The translations under genes and the position numbers were made by a program. Positions 43,401 to 54,675 of a stretch of DNA of 64,000 nucleotides are shown piece after piece. Source of the DNA: an uncultured Acidobacteriota bacterium (GTDB taxonomy: Bacteria; Acidobacteriota; UBA6911); assembly GCA_963809485.1 (NCBI GenBank), contig CAWEJX010000004.1, positions 1 through 64,000 of the forward strand. The letters are read 5' to 3'. The notes under the pieces were generated by a model, which worked only from the letters and a program-made list of their open reading frames with translations, was not told where the DNA came from and ran no database searches. Numbering within the stretch: position 1 is the first letter of the stretch; the number at the start of each line of letters is the position of its first letter.

Positions 43401-44091
43401 GAACTCAGCCGCGAAGTTGCTGGTCTGGATGGCCGTTTCCTCGATCGAGTCCACGCTGGGCTGCGACATTCCGTAAGCTGCCGACCACGTCGTCTGGGTG
43501 GCATCCTGGCCTTCAATGCGGAGCGCCAGCGTTCCGGCCGGCATTCCGTTGACTCGCAGAGCGCCGAATATTCCTCCCGGCACCTGCATCTGCTGGCCGC
43601 CGGGAATCAGATTAACCGCCGAATAGGAATCGCGCATGCCGCCTGCGATGGACATGATCGGCAGGTCATTCAATCGTGACGACGAAACGTTGTGGCTCAG
43701 CTCGCCGCTTTCGGTCTTCAGCAAGCGGAGCGTCCGCGCTGACCGTGACCGTTTCGGTGATGTTCCCGACTTCCAGCGGAATGTCGATGCGCAGTGTCTG
43801 CGCGACCATGACGGTGATGCCGGTCCGGACATACTGCTTGAACCCGGTCACCGAGGCCGTGAGCTGATACGTGCCAACCGGTAATTGGGCAATCGTAAAG
43901 TTGCCCGTTGCCGAACTGGCCGCTTGATATACGGCACCGGTATCGAGGTTCTTCGCTTCAATCGGCACATTGGGGATCATGGCTCCTGCCGGATCCGTCA
44001 CCGTGCCGGTGATGGTACCCCTGTCGCTCTGGGCATATGCCGCCCCAAGGCACAGGAGTACGCACACTGATACAATTACAGTCAAACGCAT
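40457..44091 (-). CDS. TonB-dependent receptor 2 (frameshifts near 43725 and 42785)
   Basis: Three overlapping ORFs colinear with TBDR 3; ends GQMVLRFNF. Confidence 0.9.
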
Positions 44092-44474
44092 GAGATATAT
44101 CCTCCTGAGGTCAAAGTGAACAAAGCAACCTTGAACGTGTGAATTCCGACCACCTTCCAAAGAAATCAGAGAGCGCGATCAGAACTCAAAGCTGAACCAA
44201 AACGAAAAACCGCTCGTGCCAGGGAATCGAGCGGATATATCCCGCTATAGCATTCTCGATTTGCACAAAAGATAAACAGGGCGGGTATTCCTAAATCGCT
44301 TGGCTGCTTTAAAAGCGGTAAACAATGCGGATGTTGCCCGGTATCGCTTCATCGCTTTAACAGGAACGAAAGCAACTGGAAAATTGCGGGAACCCTCCTT
44401 CCCGCGATCCGCCACATGTACATAAAACCAACTTGAGTGCCCTCATAATGCTTTGGTGCGGCTCATGATGTCAA
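44092..44474 (-). promoter_or_regulatory. Promoter and conserved long leader of TBDR 2 (hairpin 44210-44237)
   Basis: TTGACA-N18-CATTAT; blocks shared with 48436-48837 and 16151-16179. Confidence 0.62.
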
Positions 44475-44712
44475 GCGGAAACCGCCAATTATGGTAAGAA
44501 AGCTGACTAAGTGGCTATCGCGCCTTGATAGCCCCCTCGTGCGCAGCACTGGATGGAATTCGTAACCCTCACGCCGCGCTCGGGGATTCAGAGGTCCGGA
44601 GCCAGGAGAATTGAAGCCGTCACTTCCGTAATAACTGGGAACTCTGAACTGGAAACTGTATTTCCTAAACGATTCCTATATTCGATTTTCTGCGTTGGCG
44701 CCCAATCCGGAC

Positions 44713-44765
44713 AAAAAAAGGCCACGGATTCCGGGGATATCGCCTATCCCTGGAATCCGTGGCCT
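44713..44765 (-). terminator. Terminator after TBDR 3
   Basis: A-run followed by GGCCACGGATTCC...GGAATCCGTGGCC. Confidence 0.78.
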
Positions 44766-44790
44766 GATTTACATATCCAGGCTGTGAAGC

Positions 44791-47700
44791 CTAGAAGTTG
44801 AACCGCATGACCAGCTGGCCCGTCCGCTGCCCGCCGGCATTCTGCCAGTTCGATGCATATCCGAATCCGGATATCGCATCGCCGTTCGCATTCCTTACCT
44901 GCGGAAGCAACATCGAGTTGCTGGGCATGGGAATACGGGTACGGTTGAACACATTGCTCAATTCAGCACGAATATTCAGGCTCATCTGTTCCCTGAATCG
45001 GAATAACCGTTCCAGGCTCAGGCTTTCTGTCGGAGCCCGACGATATCGGTAGTCACCGTAGGCAGCGGAACCGGTGCCGAATGTGGCAGGCGGAGGAGTT
45101 TGCCACGCGTTCGGGTTGAGAATAAACGTCTTGTTGGGATCATAGTTGGAATTGATGTCCTGCGAGTACAGCGGCTCGCCGGGCACACGGGAGGAGAATG
45201 TAGCAGGCGCACTGTAAAAAGGAGAAGTGTTGCATCCGCCCAAAACGCTGAATGGCGCGCACAGCGAGAGCGTCTGAGCCACGTTGTACTGATTCAGCGC
45301 GACTGGAGCCATGACCGGGAGTCCGGACTGGTATATCAGGTAAGCGCCGATCCGCCAATCCTTCAACGCAAAGCTCAACGCCTTATTCACACTGGCCCAC
45401 GCAGGAGTCAGGTAGGTCGCCGTGAGGACAAAACGATGCGGCACGGACGAAAACGAGAGGCTTTTATTCATCCTCAAGTCGTTCAAGTCGTAAATAGCCG
45501 GGTTGACCTGGAAGGCCGAATCCTGAGACTCTGTGCCTACGGTCGTTTCCTTCGACCAGACGTAGCTGGCCATCATGTCAAGTCCGCGAGAAAACCGCTT
45601 GGTGAACTTTATCTGCATGGAGTCGTACCAGGTGTTGCCCAGCGGCGCCCATAGCACAAAGATGCTGCCGAAATGCGGGTACGGCCGAATCGACTGCGAC
45701 ACCGTACCCCTGAAGCCCGCATAGGGTGCCACCAGGTTTTTGGCCGCTTTCACTTCAGCGCTGACTGTTTCAAACTGACTGACCAGCAATGCGCCATCGG
45801 CCGCGTTTCCCACACTCATGTTGTGCTTCGCGAGAATCGCGGGCGTCACGCGGTTGGGATCGGTGAGAGTCCCGCTGGCATTCCACCATGCCCCGCGGTT
45901 GCCGACGTAGGAAGCTTCTATGCTCATGTCCTTGGTGAGTTCACGCTGAATGCCGACGCTCCACATCAACTGTCTCGGCGGGTATCCTGCGTGCCGGTCG
46001 ATAGAGGTCATGAAGACAGCGCCTGGCGACTGCGGTTGAGCTCCCGCATCATAGTTCGGCCATTCCGGAATACCTCCCGGCGGACCGTCTTTCAGAAGGC
46101 TGAATGCGGTGCCGTAGGTTGTGGCGGGACCATAGCGGACATCCGATCCGAAGCGCAGAGTCCACATTTCCAGTTGGGCCGTCTGGCCATAGGAAATGCC
46201 TATTCCCCCACGCAATACGGTCTTCGGCGTGATCTGGTATGCCAATCCCAGCCGTGGACCGAAAGAATAGGGGTAATTGTCGGCGAAGTTCTCGACATCC
46301 CTACCTTCAAATATCTGAGCGCCGGGCAAGTTGCCGAATGACGGGTTGGGTACGTCATAGCCGAAGCTCGGGATGCGGCCGTCACCCTTCAAATACGTCT
46401 GGTAGTCATAGCGCAGACCGTAGTCGATGGTGAGTTTGCGCGTCACTTTCCAGCTGTCCTGTGCGAAAAGGGCAAAGGAGTGTTTCCCGATGTGGAAATA
46501 GGATTCCTGACCGTTTTCGCCATGGTCTACCTGGCCCAGCAGGAAGCTGGCGTACTGAAATCCTATATTGCCTGCGCCGCCGCCGATGCTGGTTTGATTA
46601 AGGTACGGGAGGGCTGTCTGCGCGGGACTGAAGAAAAACCAGCCGTTGCTGGGCGTCGTAGCCAGGGACGGATAGGATTCCACGCGCAATTCAGCGCCGA
46701 ACTTGAACGTGTGATTGCCCTTGACCCAGTTGAGGGATGCAGTCCCCGTCGGCTTTTGCTGCCATTGCTTTTGCTGCGCCACCGGGCCCATGCTATTCCC
46801 CTGGGCAGACGGGTCATCCAGTCCGCCTCCCTGATTGGCCATCAGGTTGTACATGGTCGGGAAAACGCCCTTGACAGTCCCGGGCATGCCAAGCTTCTCG
46901 AGACTGTCCCATTCCCCATATCCCGGCACGGGATCCCAGAAGGTGAAGTGCAGGAAGCCGCCCCCCAGGTGGAGCAGCACCGTCGGCGAGATCGTGTAGT
47001 CGAGGTTCACGCGCGCGGTGTGCGCCGTTTCCCAAAGATCTCGCTCTGTCGTAATCGGGGGGCCGAAGCCATCCGGGAAGGGCACGTACTGATCGTTCAA
47101 CGACCAGTACCCGGAGAGCTTCATTTTGGAGCTCAGGTTGTGGTCCATCTTGAGCGAATAGATGGAGTTTTTCGTTTTATTCGAATACTGTCTCGAATAG
47201 TTGTTGGTCGCCGCGTTGTTTGTTGCCGCCGGAAGATAGTTCTGCAGCTTTAATGCCACAGGATCGAACGGGTAGTCCGAACGAATTATGTTGTTGGGAA
47301 ATGGATCCCTGACAACATAGCTCTTACCATCTACTACTTCCGTGCGAGTAGTGAGAGGATCATAAATCGCTCCGTCCATGATCGGCCGTCCCAGAATGTC
47401 CGTGCCGAGCAACTTTCCGGTATATAGAGCAGGATTGCTGAAATCGCCTGTGCGGTAGGCCATAGTGGGAATGGTCCACATATCGCTGACACTTGTATTC
47501 AGCTTGTTCTGCTCAAAGCTCCAATAGAAGAAGGTCTTATCGCGGCCGTCGTAGATCTTGGGAAGATAGACCGGCCCTCCTACCGAGAACCCCCAATCGT
47601 GCCGGCGGTCGCGCGGCCTGTAGTGGCTGTAAGGCTGGTGCGCATTAAACATCGTTTCGTTTCGGAGGTACTCGAAGACCGTCCCATGAAGCTCGTTGGT

Positions 47701-48435
47701 ACCCGACTTCATGGTCATGTTGAACATGCCGCCGCCCACCTGGCCGAACTCTGCCGCGAAGTTGCTGGTCTGGACTGCCGTCTCCTCGATCGAGTCCACG
47801 CTGGGCTGCGACATTCCATAGGCCGCCGACCATGTAGTTTGGGTAGCGTCCTGGCCTTCAATGCGGAGCGCCAGCGTGCCCGCAGGCATGCCGTTTACGC
47901 GCAGACCGCCGAAAATGCCTCCCGGAACCGATATCTGCATGCCGCCGGGAATCAAATTGACCACGGAATAGGAATCGCGCATGCCGCCTGCGATGGACAT
48001 GACCGGAAGGTCGTTCAATCGTGACGACGTAATATTGTGGGCCAGTTCGCCGCTTTCCGTTTTTAGCAGCGGAGCGTCCGCGCTGACGGTGACTGTTTCG
48101 GTGATGTTCCCGACTTCAAGCGGGATGTCGATGCGCAGGGTTTGCGCAACCATGACCGTGATGCCGGTCCGTATATACTGCTTGAATCCCGTCACCGAAG
48201 CCGAGAGCTGGTAGTTGCCGACCGGCAGCTGGGTAATCGTGAAGTTGCCCGTCGCTGAACTGGCCGCCTGATATACGGCGCCGGTATCGAGGTTCTTCGC
48301 TTCGATCGGCACGTTGGGGATCATGGCGCCCGCCGGATCCGTAACCGTGCCGGTGATGGTACCCCTGTCGCTCTGGGCAAATGCCATCCCAAAACACAGG
48401 AGTACGCAGACTGATGCGATTACAATCAAACGCAT
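44791..48435 (-). CDS. TonB-dependent receptor 3 (intact)
   Basis: ~1214 aa with signal peptide, carboxypeptidase-like N-domain, FAQDSWKV, terminal RFNF. Confidence 0.94.
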   Translation of the reverse strand: MRLIVIASVCVLLCFGMAFAQSDRGTITGTVTDPAGAMIPNVPIEAKNLDTGAVYQAASSATGNFTITQLPVGNYQLSASVTGFKQYIRTGITVMVAQTLRIDIPLEVGNITETVTVSADAPLLKTESGELAHNITSSRLNDLPVMSIAGGMRDSYSVVNLIPGGMQISVPGGIFGGLRVNGMPAGTLALRIEGQDATQTTWSAAYGMSQPSVDSIEETAVQTSNFAAEFGQVGGGMFNMTMKSGTNELHGTVFEYLRNETMFNAHQPYSHYRPRDRRHDWGFSVGGPVYLPKIYDGRDKTFFYWSFEQNKLNTSVSDMWTIPTMAYRTGDFSNPALYTGKLLGTDILGRPIMDGAIYDPLTTRTEVVDGKSYVVRDPFPNNIIRSDYPFDPVALKLQNYLPAATNNAATNNYSRQYSNKTKNSIYSLKMDHNLSSKMKLSGYWSLNDQYVPFPDGFGPPITTERDLWETAHTARVNLDYTISPTVLLHLGGGFLHFTFWDPVPGYGEWDSLEKLGMPGTVKGVFPTMYNLMANQGGGLDDPSAQGNSMGPVAQQKQWQQKPTGTASLNWVKGNHTFKFGAELRVESYPSLATTPSNGWFFFSPAQTALPYLNQTSIGGGAGNIGFQYASFLLGQVDHGENGQESYFHIGKHSFALFAQDSWKVTRKLTIDYGLRYDYQTYLKGDGRIPSFGYDVPNPSFGNLPGAQIFEGRDVENFADNYPYSFGPRLGLAYQITPKTVLRGGIGISYGQTAQLEMWTLRFGSDVRYGPATTYGTAFSLLKDGPPGGIPEWPNYDAGAQPQSPGAVFMTSIDRHAGYPPRQLMWSVGIQRELTKDMSIEASYVGNRGAWWNASGTLTDPNRVTPAILAKHNMSVGNAADGALLVSQFETVSAEVKAAKNLVAPYAGFRGTVSQSIRPYPHFGSIFVLWAPLGNTWYDSMQIKFTKRFSRGLDMMASYVWSKETTVGTESQDSAFQVNPAIYDLNDLRMNKSLSFSSVPHRFVLTATYLTPAWASVNKALSFALKDWRIGAYLIYQSGLPVMAPVALNQYNVAQTLSLCAPFSVLGGCNTSPFYSAPATFSSRVPGEPLYSQDINSNYDPNKTFILNPNAWQTPPPATFGTGSAAYGDYRYRRAPTESLSLERLFRFREQMSLNIRAELSNVFNRTRIPMPSNSMLLPQVRNANGDAISGFGYASNWQNAGGQRTGQLVMRFNF

Positions 48436-48837
48436 GAGATATATCCTCCTGAAATCAGTTTGAACAAAGCAACCTTTAAGCTTTGAATCCTTAAAGCAGC
48501 CTTGGAATGTGCGGGGCCGCAATCAGGACTCATAGACAACCAAAATGGAACCACCGCTCGTGCCAGGGATTCGAGCGGATATATCCCGGTATTGCTTTAT
48601 CCCTTCACAGCACAGACTAACAGGGCAGTTATTCCAGGGTCGCCTGGTTGCTATAAAAGCGGTAAACAATGCGGATACAATCCGATATTGTCTCATCGCT
48701 TCAGATCAATATCAGCAACCGTAAGAGCGCGATTTGCAACTGGAAGAATGCGGGAATTTTCTTCCCGCGAGCCGCCGCTGGAACTTGGAACCAACTTGAG
48801 TGGCTATATATTGCTTCCAGTCGGATTCTGATGTCAA
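48436..48837 (-). promoter_or_regulatory. Promoter and conserved long leader of TBDR 3 (hairpin 48554-48581)
   Basis: TTGACA-N18-CAATAT; same conserved blocks as the TBDR 2 leader. Confidence 0.62.
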
Positions 48838-48903
48838 GAAAAATCCGGATGCATTGAAAGGGAATGGGCTGGCAGATCTCCTTGAAAATACATGGAATAG
48901 GGG

Positions 48904-48952
48904 AGCCACGGATCCCATGGAGCGGTGATGCTCCCCGGGATCCGCGGTTTTT
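48904..48952. terminator. Terminator-like hairpin after the mini-TBDR
   Basis: GCCACGGATCCC...GGGATCCGCGGT stem. Confidence 0.6.
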
Positions 48953-48975
48953 GTCTAGCATTCACACCGAGCGGC

Positions 48976-49797
48976 TTAGAAATTGAATCTCGCAACCAGC
49001 TGGCCGGTCCGCTGGCCGGCGGCGGGAAGCGGGTTGATGTATCCGAAACCGGACTGAGTGTTGCCGGTCGTGGCATTCCTGACCTGAGGAGCTGTCGCGT
49101 TGGTCGCGCTGGGATTCGGGATCCTCACGCGGTTAAAAGCGTTCATCAGCTCCATGCGAATTGACAGCGACATCCTTTCTCTGACGCGGAAGATCCGGGC
49201 CAGACTCAGGTTTTCGCTTGGAGCACGTCTGTACCTGTATTCATTCAGGTAGGCGGAGGTCACACCGAAAACTCCTGGGGCCGGATTGGTCCAGGCAGCA
49301 GGATTCAGCACAAACTCCTTGTAGGGATCGAAGCTGGAGCTGAGGTCCGTAGTGAACAGCGGTTCCCCCGGCACGCGGTTTGCATGCGACGAGACACCGT
49401 AGGGGGAAACTGCGGAACTGTTGCAGCCGCCAAACACGCTCTGCGGCGCGCAAAGGGACAGCAGGTTGGTCAGATTGGGCGAGGTTTGCGCGAAGGGAAC
49501 ATGGATTGGGGCTCCCGATTGATAGTTCAGAACTGCCCCCAATTGCCAATTGCTGATTACGGCCGACAGGATTTTGTTCATGTTGGCAAATCTGGGAATG
49601 GTGTAGTTGGCGGTTGCCGAACTGACCGTCTGATACACGGCGCCGGTTTCCGTATTCTTCGCTTCAATGGGCACGTTCGGAATCATGGCGCCTGCCGGAT
49701 CCGTAACTGTGCCCGTGATGGTGCCCCTGTCGCTCTGGGCATAGCCTATCCCAAAACACAGAAGCGCACAGACTGATGCGATTAAGATCGAGCGCAT
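48976..49797 (-). pseudogene. Internally deleted TBDR (in-frame N-/C-terminal fusion, 273 aa)
   Basis: About 65 aa of the TBDR N-terminus joined at ANYTIP to the last ~205 aa, ending ARFNF. Confidence 0.8.
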
Positions 49798-49969
49798 GAG
49801 ATGTATCCTCCTGATGTCGGTTTGAACAAAGCAACCTTTAGGCCATGAATCCGCGCAAGAGGAGCTTGTGGTATGCTGCCTGCATGAGTATTTATGGCTA
49901 TTATTTTGTATTAATGGAATTCAAGAAACACGTTCAGTAAAAGGGGGAAAAAGGAGGCAGCCAAAATCC

Positions 49970-51331
49970 ATGAAAACCGATCCCCGCATCCAGAGACTCA
50001 ACGACAGACAGGTTGCCGAAGGCGATTACGTGCTTTACTGGATGCAGCAGAGCCAGCGCGCCGAAGAGAATCACGCACTGGAGTATGCCGTCCGGATGGC
50101 AAACGCCGCGAATCTGCCCGTGGTTGTCGCGTTTGGCCTTACGGCCGGCTATCCTGAGGCCAACCTGCGCCACTACTCCTTTATGCTGGACGGTCTGCGC
50201 GAAGTGCGCCGCGGGCTTGCCGGGCGAAGAATTCTTTTCGTCGTGCAACACGGCGAGCCGCCCGAAGTTGCCCTCCGCCTTGGCCGCCGGGCTTCCTGCA
50301 TCGTCTGCGACCGCGGATATTTGCGCCATCAGGTCCTGTGGCGCGAACAGGTCGCTCGCGAAGCCCGCTGCCTTGTCGAGCAGGTGGAATGCGACGCGAT
50401 CGTGCCTGTGGACGCCGTCAGCGAAAAAAGGGAATCTTCCGCCCGCGCCTTCCGGCCCAAAGTGATGCGCCTGCATCGCCTGTTCCTTGACGGGATACGC
50501 CCCGTCCCTCCGGCCGTCGCCTCCGATTCCATGGCGATGGAAAGCCTCAACCTGGACGATGACGAGGCAGTTTTCGGTCCTCTTTCCATCAACACAAGCG
50601 TCAGGCCCGTATCTATGTTCGCGGGAGGCACAACAGCCGCCAAGGCCATGCTTGCCCGCTTCGTGCGCTCCCGTCTGGCAGGTTATGTCGAAAACCGCAA
50701 TCAGCCCCATTTGGACTATGTATCCCAAATGAGCCCCTACCTGCACTTCGGACAGATTTCGCCCATGTATATCGCTCGCAAGATCTACGGCAGCCCAGGC
50801 GGCGAAAAAGCCGACCGGGACAGCTACCTGGACGAATTCATCGTGCGGCGGGAGCTGTCATTCAACTTCGTCCGTCATGTCCCCGATTATGACCGGTTCA
50901 GCGGCCTGCCCGAATGGGCCCGGGCCAGTCTCCTGAAACATGCAGGGGACAGAAGATCCCATGTCTACAGCCTGGCCGGACTGGACGCCGCTCAAACACA
51001 TGATCCCTACTGGAATGCGGCCATGAATGAGATGAAGCACACGGGCTACATGCACAACCACATGCGCATGTACTGGGGAAAGCAGATCCTGGCCTGGAGC
51101 AGGTCTCCCGAAACAGCGTTCAGGAACGCGCTCGCACTGAACAACAAGTACCTTCTGGACGGCCGCGATCCGAATTCATACAGCAACATCGGCTGGATTT
51201 TTGGGTTATTCGACCGTCCGTGGCCGGAGCGTGAGGTTTTTGGGGTGATCCGGAGCATGACGCGGGGCGGCCTGGAGCGGAAAACCGACGCGGATGCCTA
51301 TGTCGCAAAAGTAAGCCGGCTGACCGGATGA
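49970..51331 (+). CDS. phr: Class II CPD photolyase
   Basis: VLYWMQQSQRA..NHAL, MSPYLHFGQIS, MHNHMRMYWGK, LDGRDPNSY. Confidence 0.93.
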   Translation: MKTDPRIQRLNDRQVAEGDYVLYWMQQSQRAEENHALEYAVRMANAANLPVVVAFGLTAGYPEANLRHYSFMLDGLREVRRGLAGRRILFVVQHGEPPEVALRLGRRASCIVCDRGYLRHQVLWREQVAREARCLVEQVECDAIVPVDAVSEKRESSARAFRPKVMRLHRLFLDGIRPVPPAVASDSMAMESLNLDDDEAVFGPLSINTSVRPVSMFAGGTTAAKAMLARFVRSRLAGYVENRNQPHLDYVSQMSPYLHFGQISPMYIARKIYGSPGGEKADRDSYLDEFIVRRELSFNFVRHVPDYDRFSGLPEWARASLLKHAGDRRSHVYSLAGLDAAQTHDPYWNAAMNEMKHTGYMHNHMRMYWGKQILAWSRSPETAFRNALALNNKYLLDGRDPNSYSNIGWIFGLFDRPWPEREVFGVIRSMTRGGLERKTDADAYVAKVSRLTG

Positions 51332-51447
51332 GAAAGGGTGTTTCGGCAGGGATGGGAAACCCGGATGGAAAATGATGCACGGGGCGCGGAAACCGGAACT
51401 CTTTCCCTCCGGTCTCCGCGTCTCCGCGTGAAATGGGTTTTTGGGGC

Positions 51448-53057
51448 TTAAAGCGCCGCGGCAAGGTCGCTGGGAATGCGGCTTTCTCTCTTCCCTTCCT
51501 TGAGCAGCTCTTTCAGCTGCCCCCATTTTGGCAGGAACAAAGCGCTATCCATAGTTTTCAGGTTTGGGGAGATACGCGGCTTGAAATCCATCATTCCCAG
51601 AATATTTTTTTCCAGATCGACGCCGGGGGCAATTTCGGTCAGGACCAGTTCGCCGTTTTCCAGTCTGAAAACGCCGCGCTCGGTAACAAAAAGCACCGGA
51701 TAGTTCCTGGAGCTGGCAAAGGCGCCGCTGAACGTAATCTGCGCGACCTTTTCCACGAACTTTTTCCCCGTACCTTCTTTGGCAATGCGCAGTCTGCCGT
51801 TCTCCACCACTTCTGAGGATCCGGTCGTAAACATCCCGCAGAAAACAACCTTCTTGGAATTTTGAGTGATGTTGATGAAGCCGCCCGGGCCGGCCACCTT
51901 GTTGCCAAACCGGCTGACGTTTACATCGCCATGTTGATCCACTTGAGCCAGTCCTACAAAAGTGGCGTCCAGGCCGCCGCCGTCATAATAGTCGAACATG
52001 GAGGCATGCTCGATCATAGCCTCCGCGTTCAGAGCGCCGCCGAAATCAAGCCCATACGACGGGACGCCGCCGAATACGCCCAACTCGGTGGTAATGGTGA
52101 TCCTGTGGCTCATCCCTTCCTCTGCTACCGTACTGGCGATAACCGCAGGAATGCCTACTCCCAGGTTGATCACATTGCCGGGCGTAAGTTCCAATGCCGC
52201 ACGGCGGCCGATGATCTTGCGGGCATCCAGCGGGAGATCGGGGGAATTTTGTTCAGGGGCACTTTGATGTGGCCAGCCAGCGCCGGATTGAAGTAAGTCT
52301 GCTGGGTCTGATGATGGTTTTCCGGCTTGGCAATCACGACATAGTCAATCAAAGTCCCGGGAACTTTGACATTTTTAGGATGAAGTGTATTGGCCATGGC
52401 CAGATTATGGGCTTGAGCGATGACGATGCCGCCGCTGTTTTTGGCGGCCATCGCCAGCGGCAGTGCTTCCATGATGACCGATTCGTTGTCCATCTTCAGG
52501 TTGCCGTTCTCATCGGCGAGTAGTTCCGCGAATCAGAGCGACATTGATGGGAAACGGCTTATAAAGCAAGCATTCCTGACCTTCGACTTCGATGACTTTC
52601 ACCAGATCTTCATTTGGTAATGGAGGTGATCTTGCCGCCGTCGATTCGGGGATCGACAAAGGTGCCCATTCCCACATTAGTGATAACGCCGGATTTTTTT
52701 CCCGCAATGGCTCGCCATAGCTGGCAGATCACACCCTGGGGCAGCAGATAGCACTCGATTTTGTCCTTTTCGATCAGGTTGATCATGTTGGACGGAGGTC
52801 AGATGTGTGTCCGCAGATCAGCCTTTTGGTCAGGCCTTCGTGGCCCAGGTGGGTGGTGCCCTCTTTTCTTATAGTCGCCGCAGGTACAGCTGTGGACCAG
52901 GGTGATATCTTTCGGGTGGCCCGATTCCATGAATCTGTCCTCGATGGCAATGGCAATTTCCTCGGCCCAACCGGCCAATCCCTGCGTGCTGGCGCCTATC
53001 GGTCACGCCGTCCTTAATCAACATGGCCGCCTGTTGAGCAGTAATTATTTTTGACAT
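51448..53057 (-). CDS. Acyl-CoA:acetate/3-ketoacid CoA-transferase (YdiF/Pct type), multiple frameshifts
   Basis: [37 protein letters not shown] and VTERGVF spread across frames. Confidence 0.85.
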
Positions 53058-53372
53058 ATCGTCACGTCTCCCATCCGCTTGAGGTCCTGCCTGGGCCTCG
53101 CGGAATAATAAACCATTCGGCCGCTATCATGTCAGTTGTGATTCAATTCCGTCGGGCAAGCAGGGCGGAATAAACCAGAAAAGCAGCTTATTGAAGCATA
53201 GAAAAATGTATTAAGGCAGCTCCATCTTCAGGATAATTTAACCCTTAAGCTAAACATATTTCTGCATTTAATGTCAAGTTTGCCGGACAGATTTCAGGAA
53301 GCCATCGAGGGCAGACAGATACCCGGGGAACAATCTCGGCAGTTGCATGATTCGGGGAGCAAGACAGGTATG

Positions 53373-53609
53373 AGTCAGGCACCTCCGGCAACGCCGGAGG
53401 CTTGAAAGATTGGAACCGCTCAAAGCGGTTGGAAGAGTTATGCTGGTCTTGAACGCTGACTTACGCGGGCAAAAGCCGATGAAGCGCTTCATCGGCTTTT
53501 GCTCGCCGACCCTCGCCGAACAAATCGGTTTGTCAGCGTACCTCAGCGTTTCAAAATACGGAGCTGTCAAACTCTATGAGTCCCCCGGCAGAGCTGTGGG
53601 TTTACCAAT
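53373..53609 (-). mobile_element. Non-autonomous IS200/IS605-derived element, copy 6
   Basis: Same ends and interior as the other copies. Confidence 0.85.
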
Positions 53610-53725
53610 AGAATTATTAACAGTTGCTGCCAGTACAGGCGTATACACACCACCTGCTACCCTGACCCTGGCGGGCGGTCCGTTTCTCGCGTAGCTGTAA
53701 ATAAAGCAGGATGCCTGGACCTTTT

Positions 53726-54357
53726 TTAAACCACGTCCTCTTCTTCACTCGAATCCTTAGAATTCGACATATAATCGAGCTCCAGATCATCCTGTTGAGT
53801 CATCGTCGTCAATACCGCCGAATACCCGTCCCCCGACGCGCTCACGGATGGGACCTTTCTTGCAACCCATTTCACCGCCCTTGGCTCCGATAATTGGTTT
53901 TCCGCTTCCGGGCAGGCTTCGCATCCGGGCCGAAATTGCGGTTGCGCCTTTCCGCGCGTGCCGTCCGGCCATTTTCCATCGGGTTTGGTGCAAAATCAGG
54001 GCTGCCGAAAGAAGGTCTGGGCTGTAAATAGGGACGCGACGAACTCCCGATGCCGGCGGGTCGCATGGAAAATCCGGGTCTCGATCCAGATCCGGAATCG
54101 GGCCGGCTTTCCCGTGCGCGGGCTTCGTTGATTGTTATGTTGCGTCCTTTGAACGGCTGGTTGTTTAATCGGCGGCTCGCTTCCTCGGCTTGAGCCGGGT
54201 CGCTGAACTCGACAAAAGCAAATCCTCTTCGCTTCCCCGTTTCACGATCCACGGGAATAATCACATTCGAGAGTGGTCCAACGGATGAGAAAAATTCCCT
54301 CAAATCCGTTTCAGTCGTCTCGTAGGGCAGGTTCCCCACAAACAAACGTACAGACAT
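53726..54357 (-). CDS. RRM RNA-binding protein with long basic/acidic tail (frameshifted tail)
   Basis: LFVGNL (RNP2), RGFAFVEF (RNP1), INEAR. Confidence 0.88.
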
Positions 54358-54675
54358 TGCTCTCCCTTTTAAAACCCCGAGAATACGCACACAGCGCACG
54401 TACTCTCACCAATAGTTGGTTAAATTTTCATGCGTATTGTTTTGGGGTCATGTTGTTAATTGGCGCTGTAATCCTTTACTCAACCTAGCAGCTTATCGGA
54501 AGTTCCTTTGAGATACTTAACAGCTGCATATGTAATATTTTACACCAAAATGACATTTAAAAAGCAGTCTAAATTCTTTAAATTCGGGGCATCATTTTAA
54601 GCCATTCAGTCTCGTGCCGGGAAAGCCGCTGCAAAGCCACTATGGCTCGGGACGGCAATATCTGCAGCCCTCGTG

